Below, in pieces: positions 17,011-25,424 of a stretch of 32,000 bases of DNA (its first letter is position 1; each line of letters starts with the position of its first letter). The DNA is from Candidatus Kuenenia stuttgartensis. GTDB taxonomy: Bacteria > Planctomycetota > Brocadiia > Brocadiales > Brocadiaceae. A program made the translations under genes and the position numbers. The notes beneath the pieces were generated by a model. The model was not told the DNA's origin, searched no databases, and was given only the letters and a program-made list of their open reading frames with translations. Location: positions 840,001 through 872,000 of the forward strand of contig NZ_LT934425.1 in the NCBI RefSeq assembly GCF_900232105.1, read 5' to 3'.

Positions 17011-19518
17011 ATGGAATTTTTCTTAAAAAAGTGCGCATCATTTATCCATTCCTTTCACAAGCAAATAGTTGTTGTATTTGCTCTGCTCACGGCAGTCTCC
17101 ATAGTAACAATTTTTTACATGGAAATTAAAACGGACATAATAGACGTTCTTCCATCTAAAAATAAGAAAGTAGGCCAGTTTAAGGACTTCATTGAAAAAT
17201 ACGGTATTTCGGATAATGTAGTATTGCTGTTGGAATCGACGGAGAATGAAATTGATGAACAAACAGAACTCATAGAAACGCTTGCAAACAAACTTGCAGC
17301 ATCTCCATATATTGAGCACGTTGATTATAGCCCGTTAAAATACGAAAACAGTTTTTTTATCAATCATATACCGTTGCTTCTTGATGAAAAAGGATTGAAA
17401 CGCCTTGAAAACAGACTTACCCCAAAAGGCATCGAACGGCAAATAAGATATAATCTCCAAAAACTTCTCTCTCCCCTTAGTTCTCCAATCGATTACGAAA
17501 TGATTTCAAAAGACCCTCTTGATATTGCAGACATAGTAAAAGATTCTCTTATGAGCGCAAACAAAGAGGACAGCCTTGATATCAGTACCGGTTATTACAT
17601 CACGTCGGATTATTCAACTGCCGTTATCTTCGTTAAACCAAAGGGCAAAGGAAGGGATATGGCCTTTGTCGGTAATTTGAAACGGGAACTGGACGACATT
17701 ATCTCATTCTCAATGGAGAAAGCCGGCAATCCTTCGGACGTACGGGTGGAACTTACCGGCAACTGCGTTTTATCGGAAGAAGTGCGCCAAATTATCCGTC
17801 ATGACGTAGCATACTCTTTTCTCTTATCCGTTTTTCTCATTGCCGCACTCATATGGTTTGCGTACAGAGTAAGAGTTAAGATTCTATTGGTTATCGGATT
17901 TACCTTGTTGACGTCTCTTTCCACTACACTTGCCTTTGCATACCTGGTTTTCGGTAGTCTGAATATAGTAACAAGCGTTGTTGCGGCGCTACTTATCGGC
18001 CTTTACGTGGATTATGCAATGCATTCGGTAAATAGATTCGGCGAGGTTTTTAGAAAACTGAACAACCGGCAAAAGGCCCTGGAACAAACCCTTACCAAAA
18101 CTGGTTCTGCGATCATTATATCTGCAAGCACAACGTCGCTGTCTTTTTTCAGTATAATTGTGACCAAATTCAATGGTTTGCATGAGTTGGGTATTGTTGC
18201 AGGAATAGGAGTTTTATTATGTTTGTTATCCACGCTCTTCCTGACAAACTCTCTTCTTTACTGGATAAGTAAAAAAGGGTTGCATAAAATCCAGTTGAAA
18301 AAAGAGGTCCCTACAGGAGTTGAAAATCTTATCAAACTGCTCGTTAAAAGACCCAATAGGATACTTGCTATTAGTATTATCGTTTTTATCATCGCGGGTT
18401 TTGGTGTAACAAGATTAAAGTTTAACAATGATCCCGATAGTATCATCCCAAAAGATTGCTCCTCGGTTGCTGTGGGAAAAAAACTTCAGAAAAAAATGGG
18501 TAATAAAGGGGAACCGCTTTCCATAGTAATTAAAGCTCTGGATAAAAAGGGACTATCCTTTGCCTTTGACGAACTTGAAAAACTGCTTATGCAATTGAAA
18601 GAGAATGGTCTGATTAAGGATTACAATTCGTTAAACATCTTCATGCCAGCTCCCTCCGTTCAGTTGGAAAGAAAAAGAAAAATAAAAACAATGCTGGCGG
18701 ATAATGACATACAGCCTGACGCGCTGACGAAAACGCTACTGGACTCTCTTGAAAAAAATAAATTGGTATATGAGAAAACGTATGTAAACAACTACATAAA
18801 AAATGTAACAAATGCGCTGTATAACGCGCAATCCATTGGCCTGGAAGACGTTGAAATGCTATCTTCTCCAAGAGTAAAGCATTTTTACAATAAAGAAGAC
18901 CTGTCCATTGCCTCTTATATTTATCAGGGGAATAATGGATGGGACATAGAAACCATTAACAAAATTCAGCAAATGGTTGATTCGAAAGGGCAGAATTGGA
19001 TATTTACGGGGAAACCGATCTTGTTCAATGAAATAAAACCTACCATCATTTGGGGCAGCGCTTTAGCATCGATCATGGCGCTCCTGATGAATTTTGTTAT
19101 TATTTATTTGTACTTCAGAAAAATACTTCATACGATATTTGTTTTGCTGCCGGTAACGCTGGGGTTTCTCCTGACGTTGGGGGCGATGGCCTTCCTGGGT
19201 ATTCCTTTTAACGTCATTAACGTAGGCACTATAGCTTTAGTTTTCGGGCTAGGCGTGGATTATGGCATATACGTAATGCAGGCATATGTAAGAGAAGATG
19301 AAAAAAATATTTATAGTGCACTTCGAACGAGCGGTAAAAATGTGATGATGTGCTCGGCCACAACCGTTGCAGGTTGTGGAAGTCTCGCGCTTGCAAAATT
19401 TACCGGCATTGCAACCGTGGGCCTTGTACTTTCCATAGGAGCAATTGCTTGCGCCATTACCGCGTTGCTTGTATTGCCAACAATTATTTATCTGAATGAG
19501 AGACGAATTTCACAATGA
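17011..19518 (+). CDS. MMPL/RND-superfamily lipid exporter (HpnN-like architecture)
   Basis: 835 aa. Two blocks of ~6 TM helices, each preceded by a large soluble loop. Repeated GxDY motifs (LYVDYAMH, GVDYGIYV), as in MMPL/HpnN transporters. Confidence 0.8.
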   Translation: MEFFLKKCASFIHSFHKQIVVVFALLTAVSIVTIFYMEIKTDIIDVLPSKNKKVGQFKDFIEKYGISDNVVLLLESTENEIDEQTELIETLANKLAASPYIEHVDYSPLKYENSFFINHIPLLLDEKGLKRLENRLTPKGIERQIRYNLQKLLSPLSSPIDYEMISKDPLDIADIVKDSLMSANKEDSLDISTGYYITSDYSTAVIFVKPKGKGRDMAFVGNLKRELDDIISFSMEKAGNPSDVRVELTGNCVLSEEVRQIIRHDVAYSFLLSVFLIAALIWFAYRVRVKILLVIGFTLLTSLSTTLAFAYLVFGSLNIVTSVVAALLIGLYVDYAMHSVNRFGEVFRKLNNRQKALEQTLTKTGSAIIISASTTSLSFFSIIVTKFNGLHELGIVAGIGVLLCLLSTLFLTNSLLYWISKKGLHKIQLKKEVPTGVENLIKLLVKRPNRILAISIIVFIIAGFGVTRLKFNNDPDSIIPKDCSSVAVGKKLQKKMGNKGEPLSIVIKALDKKGLSFAFDELEKLLMQLKENGLIKDYNSLNIFMPAPSVQLERKRKIKTMLADNDIQPDALTKTLLDSLEKNKLVYEKTYVNNYIKNVTNALYNAQSIGLEDVEMLSSPRVKHFYNKEDLSIASYIYQGNNGWDIETINKIQQMVDSKGQNWIFTGKPILFNEIKPTIIWGSALASIMALLMNFVIIYLYFRKILHTIFVLLPVTLGFLLTLGAMAFLGIPFNVINVGTIALVFGLGVDYGIYVMQAYVREDEKNIYSALRTSGKNVMMCSATTVAGCGSLALAKFTGIATVGLVLSIGAIACAITALLVLPTIIYLNERRISQ

Positions 19519-20969
19519 AGGATTTTGATGTCATAGTTATCGGAAGTGGAATCGGGGGACTTATTAGTGCCGGAACGTTGGTCTCAAAAGGGATGAAAAC
19601 CCTTCTGGTTGAAAAAAACAAAATTCCCGGCGGACTACTTGCCTCTTTCAAAAGGAAGGGGTTCCTCTTTAATTCCGCTGTTGACTGTATCTCGGGTGTT
19701 GCTAAAGGGGGGTACATTTCAAACGTTCTAGAGAGTCTCGACGTTGATTCCGAAATAAACTTTGTAAAGCTGAATCCCATAAGATTTAGTATTTTCCCAG
19801 ATATCCGGATTCCCGTAGACTCAAACATGAATGTCTATATTGAAAGGCTCATTCAACTATTTCCCTCGGAAGCGTCGGGAATAAAAAAATTATTCAACTT
19901 CATGGATGGTTCATTTACCTTGGTACAGTCCATGCTAGATTCATTTTTATCCGGCAAGCCTGGATTAGGGAAAGCAACTCATGAAATTTTTGAACTAAGA
20001 AATATTTCATACAAGGATCTGCTGAGAAAATATATCACTAATTACCGCCTTACCATGGTTTTATCCGACCGATGTCCCTTTATCGGACTGCCGCCATCAC
20101 GAGTATCGGCATTCTCAATGGTCAACATGATCATGAGCTATTTCAAATTGGGTGCCTACAGACCAATAGGTGGCTTCCAGAAACTTGCGGATATTCTTGT
20201 CAAAGGAATTGAAAACAAAGGAGGCATGGTACTGTTGGGAAACGGAGCTGATAAAATACTACTGGAAAATAATAATCGGTGTTATGGAGTTCGGTGCGAG
20301 AACGGCAATGAATATACTTCCGAATTTGTGGTCTCCAGCGTTGACTCGCATCATACATTCGGCGATCTGTTGGGAAGAGAATTTGAATCTATTCCAACGG
20401 AAATGCGAAAAAAAACGGGCATCTCAACGTCATTTTTCGTTGTATATGCCGGAGTCAAAGGTGAGGTTACCGAACATTCGAGCGTTGGTTATTTTCCCTC
20501 GTATGACATGGAAAGTTTTTTTTCTCCTAAAAGCTCCTTTAAGAATGACTCGACCATTGGTGTAACGGTTGCCAGTATGGAGGACAAACTCCTTGCCCCT
20601 GATGCCTGCAACACGGTGGTATTGCACGAAATGGCGGAAGCCTCCGATAAAGAGATAGACAAATCCGTATGTACGGGAATAGTGATTAAAAAAGCGGAAA
20701 AGATAATACCAGGATTGAAAGACAAAATTATTGTCCTTGATTCCGCTACACCTAAATCCATTGAACGATATACCGGAAATTTCAATGGCTCCGCATTTGG
20801 ATGGAATCAAATACCAGGTTTTAAAAACGTAAAGGGGTATGGAATAAACAATCTATACATTGCCGGTCATTGGGGAGAAATAGGTGGCGGAGTATTGGCG
20901 GCAGCATATTCCGGGGCCAAAGCAGCGAAGGAAATCCTTACAAAGGAAAGCGTCACTAATGGAATCTAA
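19515..20969 (+). CDS. Phytoene desaturase (CrtI)-family FAD-dependent oxidoreductase
   Basis: 484 aa with an ATGA overlap. N-terminal dinucleotide fold DVIVIGSGIGGLISAG..LVEK. C-terminal NLYIAGHW...GGGVLAAAYSG is typical of the CrtI / amine-oxidase fold. Confidence 0.8.
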   Translation: MKDFDVIVIGSGIGGLISAGTLVSKGMKTLLVEKNKIPGGLLASFKRKGFLFNSAVDCISGVAKGGYISNVLESLDVDSEINFVKLNPIRFSIFPDIRIPVDSNMNVYIERLIQLFPSEASGIKKLFNFMDGSFTLVQSMLDSFLSGKPGLGKATHEIFELRNISYKDLLRKYITNYRLTMVLSDRCPFIGLPPSRVSAFSMVNMIMSYFKLGAYRPIGGFQKLADILVKGIENKGGMVLLGNGADKILLENNNRCYGVRCENGNEYTSEFVVSSVDSHHTFGDLLGREFESIPTEMRKKTGISTSFFVVYAGVKGEVTEHSSVGYFPSYDMESFFSPKSSFKNDSTIGVTVASMEDKLLAPDACNTVVLHEMAEASDKEIDKSVCTGIVIKKAEKIIPGLKDKIIVLDSATPKSIERYTGNFNGSAFGWNQIPGFKNVKGYGINNLYIAGHWGEIGGGVLAAAYSGAKAAKEILTKESVTNGI

Positions 20970-21999
20970 AATATATGTTGCAATACCGGCGTATAATGCT
21001 TCCAAGACAATCGGCAATGTGGTTTCCGCTGCTTTAAAACATGTTTCCACAGTTATAGTCATAGATGACGGGTCCACTGATAATACTGCAATTGTTGCCT
21101 TTGAAGCAGGTGCTGGAATCATTACTCTGGGAAAAAACAAAGGTAAAGGTAACGCATTAAAGATATTTTTTCAAAAAGCAATTCAGGAAAAATTTGACGC
21201 GGTTATAACCTTGGACGCAGACGGACAACATGATCCGGAGGAAATACCTCTTTTCCTGCATGAACACAAATTGTTTCCAGAATCAACAATAGTAGGAAAC
21301 AGGTTCCGTGAGAAGGAAAAGATACCAGACGCCCGATACAATGCCATGCGTATTGCCCAGTTTTATATTTCTCTTTCAGCAAACCAGTATTTGGAAGATT
21401 CCCAGTGCGGTTTTAGGTTGTATCCCATGGCAATAATAAAAAACATACCACTAACGACAGAAAGATATGTTACTGAATCAGAAATATTAATGAAGGTTGG
21501 AGATATGGGCAAAACCATTAGATTTGTAGATATTAAGACGATATACAACAATAGTAAAAGTTATCTAACGCCGGTATATGATGTTTCAAGCATAGCGGCG
21601 TATGTTATTTCTTATATTCATATAAAGTGGTTTGTCGAGGGATTAACCCCAAATAATCCATATACTTATTCTACAATAGGCTATATAAGGGATACTCTCG
21701 GGGAAAAAAAAAGCTTGAATATGTTTTTTCAAACTCTTACCGTGTTTACAGCGCTTCCTGCAAGCATATTTTTTTATTTGGAGTATAGTTTACTTCAATT
21801 CTTTATTCCTTATAATTTTGCTTCTATACGCAAACTTGATTGTGGGTTTTCGCGGATTGTTCTTGCAACACAGATGTTGCCTATATTACTTATTGTAGCC
21901 CTCATTGAAAAATGCTTAAAGACAACTGGATGTAAAATAAATCTTGTTAGCGGAACTATAAAAAAATTTTATCCAAACTTATGGAAAAACAAAAGATAG
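20959..21999 (+). CDS. Family 2 glycosyltransferase with C-terminal TM helices (polyprenyl-phosphate glycosyltransferase-like)
   Basis: ATG 20959 is preferred over the ORF-track start at 20884. The conserved N-terminus IYVAIPAYNASKTI begins there, overlapping the upstream gene by 11 nt. VIDDGSTDNT and LDADGQHDPEE (DxD) motifs. About three hydrophobic helices in the C-terminal third. Confidence 0.85.
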   Translation: MESKIYVAIPAYNASKTIGNVVSAALKHVSTVIVIDDGSTDNTAIVAFEAGAGIITLGKNKGKGNALKIFFQKAIQEKFDAVITLDADGQHDPEEIPLFLHEHKLFPESTIVGNRFREKEKIPDARYNAMRIAQFYISLSANQYLEDSQCGFRLYPMAIIKNIPLTTERYVTESEILMKVGDMGKTIRFVDIKTIYNNSKSYLTPVYDVSSIAAYVISYIHIKWFVEGLTPNNPYTYSTIGYIRDTLGEKKSLNMFFQTLTVFTALPASIFFYLEYSLLQFFIPYNFASIRKLDCGFSRIVLATQMLPILLIVALIEKCLKTTGCKINLVSGTIKKFYPNLWKNKR

Positions 22000-22380
22000 G
22001 AATGTCCTTTTTGAAAATATTTTTAACCAACGGCCTAAAGGGTATTTAATAATAAAAAAATGAATAGTTAAATGGAAATATCAAATGAAACATCCATGAC
22101 CTAACTATCATAATTGAGTATAGAAATGTTTATTTTTTAGATAAGCGACTTCATTTTCCGACTAATATTCTCATGCTATTAAATTATTTGTGGTAAAATC
22201 ATTAGGCATTATTAGCCTATATAAATTTCTGTACTTGACACCTCCGGATGAATTAATCAAAATGTTATAACATTTTCAGCGTGTTAGACGGATTTTGGAT
22301 TATACTATTTCTATGTTTATTGATATTTTTATCTGCTAAAATAACGCAATCTGTGGTTTGCAGACAATTTCTTCTGAAAT

Positions 22381-22410
22381 TTGACTTATGTGCTAAAAAC
22401 ATCGCATAAA
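22381..22410 (+). promoter_or_regulatory. Candidate sigma70-type promoter for the lipoprotein gene
   Basis: TTGACT (22381-22386), 18-nt spacer, CATAAA (22405-22410), about 90 nt upstream of ATG 22500. Other promoter-like hexamers occur in the same 500-bp AT-rich spacer, so chance matches are expected. Confidence 0.2.
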
Positions 22411-22499
22411 AGAACAACGTGTTTAATAGCATTGTGTTTCCGTTCTTATGCAGAACCCTATGACGGCAAATTATCTTTTAATCTTATAAAGGAATAGTT

Positions 22500-23687
22500 A
22501 TGAAAAAAACATGTTTGTTGGTATTGCTTGTTACAATGACGCTTGCTGTTCTTACAGGTTGTGCTCAACTCAAATCTATCACGTTTGAAAAAAAACACCC
22601 CGAACCTCTTGAATCATTCGTCCCACAAGATTTAAGCGCAAAATCCCTTAGTGTGAAGTATGCACCGAAGATTGAAAGTTTTGTTATCATTTTAGATGCC
22701 TCTGCCTCTATGGAAACAGCATATACCGGTATCGTTAATAAAGGGCATCCAAAATTTGACGTGGCCAAAGATATTATATCGCGCATGAACAAAACATTGC
22801 CTGAAGTCGATGTAAATAGCGCCCTTGTAACATTTGGACACGGATTTTTTACGCCGTTAAAGAAGACATTTATTGTTTATGAACTCACACATCACTCACG
22901 AGACCTTTTAGAAAACGCGTTAAATATGGCAATCTATCCTAAAGGAAGCAGCCCTGCCGGAAACGCTATTGCTGACGCATCAAATCAACTGCTAACGTCG
23001 GTGGGACAAAATGCGGTGATCTTTGTGAGTGACGGCGAAAATTTAATAGGCACTCCCCTGGAGAAAATAAAGGATTTAAAAGAACTGTATGGAGAGAAGA
23101 CATGCTTTTATACCATTCATGTGGGAAATACTCCTGAGGGGAAAGAGGCGCTCAGAAAACTTGCACGGTCCGCAACCTGTGGTTTTTCTGTAACTGCTGA
23201 TGAAATTGCTTCCAGCGGGAATATGGCAAACTTTGTTAAAAAAGTATTTTTGACCGATATTCCTAAACAAGACAGCGACGGCGATGGTGTTTACGATGAA
23301 GACGATGAATGTCCGGATACTCCGGAAGGAGCTATTGTGGATTCCAGAGGATGCTGGGTGGTAAAAGGAATCGCCTTTGAATATAAGAAATGGGATATTA
23401 AAGAAGAATTTGAATCGAACCTTACCAATATTGTGGATGTTTTGGAAAAAAATCCTGATTTGCAAATAAGAATAGAAGGGCACACAGATAATATCGGTTC
23501 AATGAAATATAATATCGACCTTTCCCAAAAAAGAGCGCTGGCGGTAAAAGATTATTTAGTAGAGAAGGGTATTCATGAATCGCGTATCTCTACGACGGGT
23601 TTTGGATTTAAACATCCTATTGCCCCCAATGTTACAGAAGAAGGCCGTGCCCTTAACAGAAGGGCTGAAATTGTTCCTATAAGATAG
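22500..23687 (+). CDS. Lipoprotein with vWA domain, thrombospondin type-3 Ca-binding repeat and C-terminal OmpA-like peptidoglycan-binding domain
   Basis: 395 aa. Lipobox LTGC (Cys21). MIDAS-type DASAS motif (VIILDASASM). DSDGDGVYDEDDECPDTPEG TSP3 repeat. OmpA-like IEGHTDNIGS..N..LSQKRA...NRRAEI. Confidence 0.85.
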   Translation: MKKTCLLVLLVTMTLAVLTGCAQLKSITFEKKHPEPLESFVPQDLSAKSLSVKYAPKIESFVIILDASASMETAYTGIVNKGHPKFDVAKDIISRMNKTLPEVDVNSALVTFGHGFFTPLKKTFIVYELTHHSRDLLENALNMAIYPKGSSPAGNAIADASNQLLTSVGQNAVIFVSDGENLIGTPLEKIKDLKELYGEKTCFYTIHVGNTPEGKEALRKLARSATCGFSVTADEIASSGNMANFVKKVFLTDIPKQDSDGDGVYDEDDECPDTPEGAIVDSRGCWVVKGIAFEYKKWDIKEEFESNLTNIVDVLEKNPDLQIRIEGHTDNIGSMKYNIDLSQKRALAVKDYLVEKGIHESRISTTGFGFKHPIAPNVTEEGRALNRRAEIVPIR

Positions 23688-23692
23688 CAATA

Positions 23693-23765
23693 GCAGGGGC
23701 GAAGCATTTGCCCCTTTGGGTATGAATTCATTTATGACAATTTACAGCAAATGCTTCGCCCCTGC
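23693..23765. repeat. 73-bp palindromic repeat unit (inner unit of the MITE-like family)
   Basis: Perfect 19-bp inverted repeat gcaggggcgaagcatttgc (23693-23711) / gcaaatgcttcgcccctgc (23747-23765). The central 10-bp palindrome atgaattcat lies at 22-31 of that loop (23722-23731). Its reverse complement aligns at roughly 85% (by eye) with 26434-26507. Confidence 0.7.
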
Positions 23766-23798
23766 ACTATCCGGCAACACGTTTTAGCACAGAAGCAA

Positions 23799-24752
23799 AT
23801 GGATGAAAAGATCAAATTGGGGATTAGCGCATGCATGCTTGGTGAAAATGTTCGGCATGACGGAGGACACAAGCTTGACCATTATTTGAAATATACACTT
23901 GGAAAATTTATTCAGTGGGTTCCTGTGTGCCCCGAAGTGGAATGCGGCCTTCCCACTCCAAGAGAATCAATGCAGTTGGTTGGAGATCCTGAAAACCCTC
24001 GCATTCTTACCATAAAAACGCATAAAGACTACACCGTTCAGATGAAAAAATGGATCTGCAGTAAGGTGGTAGCGCTTAAACATGAAAACGTGAACGGTTT
24101 TGTGTTTAAGAGTAAATCTCCAAGCTGTGGTATGCAGGGAATAAAGGTATATCCATCTTCATCTGGCATTTCTGTCGGGAAGGGCATCGGCTTGTTTGCC
24201 AGGGGATTTATGGAAAAATTTACCTACGTTCCGACGGAAGACGATTGTCATCTTCAGGTTCCTGAAAGAAGGGAAAATTTTATAGAAAACGTATTTGTGT
24301 TTTACCGGTGGAAGAAATTCCTGAAAGAAGACGGCTCTATAAAGGGCCTTACAACTTTTCATGCAAACCATAAATTATTAATTATGTCCCATAGTACAGA
24401 AACAGTCAAAGACCTCGGTAAAATGGCGGCTCAGCCGGGCGGAACCGGAAAGAAAGATTTGTTTGATCAATATTGCAAGACATTAATGACGGCATTAAAA
24501 TTAAAAGCAACCGTAAAGAAAAATATCAACGTTTTGCAGCATATTTTGGGGTATTTTAAAAGAGAGTTGTCTTCCTGGGAGAAAAAAGAATTATTGGGGA
24601 TTATCGAACAGTATCGCGAAAAACAGAGTCCCCTGATTGTACCTGTAACTCTTCTACGGCATTATGCTCATAAATATGATAAAGAATACCTGAAATCGCA
24701 ATATTATCTTAATCCACATCCGATGGAATTTAGACTGCGGAATCAGTTTTGA
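23799..24752 (+). CDS. DUF523 (TudS-like [4Fe-4S] desulfidase fold) fused to DUF1722 (YbgA-like) protein
   Basis: ATG 23799 is preferred, because the ORF-track start at 23751 lies inside the palindromic repeat. N-terminal KLGISACMLGENVRHDGGH, then VCPEVECGLPTPRE and KSPSCG Cys ligand motifs. The C-terminal half resembles YbgA (FHANHKLLIMSHS). Confidence 0.75.
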   Translation: MDEKIKLGISACMLGENVRHDGGHKLDHYLKYTLGKFIQWVPVCPEVECGLPTPRESMQLVGDPENPRILTIKTHKDYTVQMKKWICSKVVALKHENVNGFVFKSKSPSCGMQGIKVYPSSSGISVGKGIGLFARGFMEKFTYVPTEDDCHLQVPERRENFIENVFVFYRWKKFLKEDGSIKGLTTFHANHKLLIMSHSTETVKDLGKMAAQPGGTGKKDLFDQYCKTLMTALKLKATVKKNINVLQHILGYFKRELSSWEKKELLGIIEQYREKQSPLIVPVTLLRHYAHKYDKEYLKSQYYLNPHPMEFRLRNQF

Positions 24753-24842
24753 TTGCGTAAAATAATTAAATCACAATTTATAAACCCATCCGTGTATATC
24801 ACGACAGCGAATCCGCCGTTCCATTATTATATTGGTGGATTT

Positions 24843-24861
24843 GGTGCGAAAAAGCAGCACC
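24843..24861 (+). terminator. Weak candidate intrinsic terminator
   Basis: 5-bp stem ggtgc/gcacc with a 9-nt loop, followed by T-rich ttagggttgtttcttttc. Lies 90 nt after the stop at 24752, in a convergent intergenic region. The stem is short. Confidence 0.25.
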
Positions 24862-24897
24862 TTAGGGTTGTTTCTTTTCATTTATGGTTACAGCAAT

Positions 24898-25389
24898 TCA
24901 GGTATCGTTTGTTTTCCCCTTTGAAAGAGGTTTGAGTCTTCTCAGGCTGTGATTGCAATAAGGGCATTTTCTAATAAAAAGATACATAAAAAAGAGCAGA
25001 ATTGCCCATAACCCTGCTGTAAAGAAAAAGAGTATAACATCGCCGAAATCCAATTTATGAATTCTCTCCGGCACAACACGCTTTTCACAATAGCGGCAAA
25101 AAGCCGTTTCTTGTTTTTTTGCCGATGGTCTGAAGTCAATAACTCTTTTTACATTTTTTAAGGAAATTGTACCGGACATTTTCCTCCCCCACCCAATACC
25201 CTTTATAATGTGATTATCGCATTCGTACTTTTTAAAGACATTATGTATTTGCTTGCATTTTCCTGCCAGAAATAATTCTATGCGAAAACCTTTCGGGGGC
25301 TTCGACCGGTAATATTTTTTAACCAAAAAATGTTCCGGGTCATTGAGTATTGCTATGGCAACCGTCTTAATTTTCTCTAAATCTATCAT
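24898..25389 (-). CDS. Hypothetical protein with C-terminal LITAF-like split zinc ribbon and an embedded hydrophobic helix
   Basis: 163 aa, 35 nt downstream of murB on the same strand. The C-terminus CRYCEKRVVP...(VILFFFTAGLWAILLFFMYLFI)..CPYCNHSL consists of two CxxC knuckles flanking a hydrophobic segment. The N-terminal ~100 aa are not recognised. Confidence 0.45.
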   Translation of the reverse strand: MIDLEKIKTVAIAILNDPEHFLVKKYYRSKPPKGFRIELFLAGKCKQIHNVFKKYECDNHIIKGIGWGRKMSGTISLKNVKRVIDFRPSAKKQETAFCRYCEKRVVPERIHKLDFGDVILFFFTAGLWAILLFFMYLFIRKCPYCNHSLRRLKPLSKGKTNDT

Positions 25390-25424
25390 ATGTGTTTTCT
25401 ATGGATGTAGATTATACAATCAAT

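Noticed and set aside
22191-22263. Additional promoter-like elements: TGnTAAAAT at 22191-22199, and TTGACA 22235-22240 with CAAAAT 22258-22263
   Set aside because: They lie more than 230 nt from the next start codon in AT-rich DNA. They cannot be told apart from chance matches, so they are mentioned only as context for the 22381-22410 candidate.
22404-22451. Imperfect hairpin (gcataaaagaac / gttcttatgc, with a 2-nt bulge) in the leader of the lipoprotein gene
   Set aside because: The stem is AT-rich, bulged and in a 500-bp AT-rich spacer where such pairings arise by chance. There is no supporting T-tract or conservation information.
23751-23798. N-terminal extension of the DUF523/DUF1722 gene (ORF-track start 23751); similar extensions at 12248, 20884, 1480 and 29675
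   Set aside because: The extensions run through a palindromic repeat or deep into the upstream gene, and they precede the conserved family N-termini. Internal ATG codons (23799, 12302, 20959, 1534, 29651) fit better.
24753-24935. 60-aa plus-strand ORF in the convergent intergenic region
   Set aside because: It has a non-ATG start, no RBS and no motifs, and it overlaps the 3' end of the minus-strand gene. It is probably spurious.
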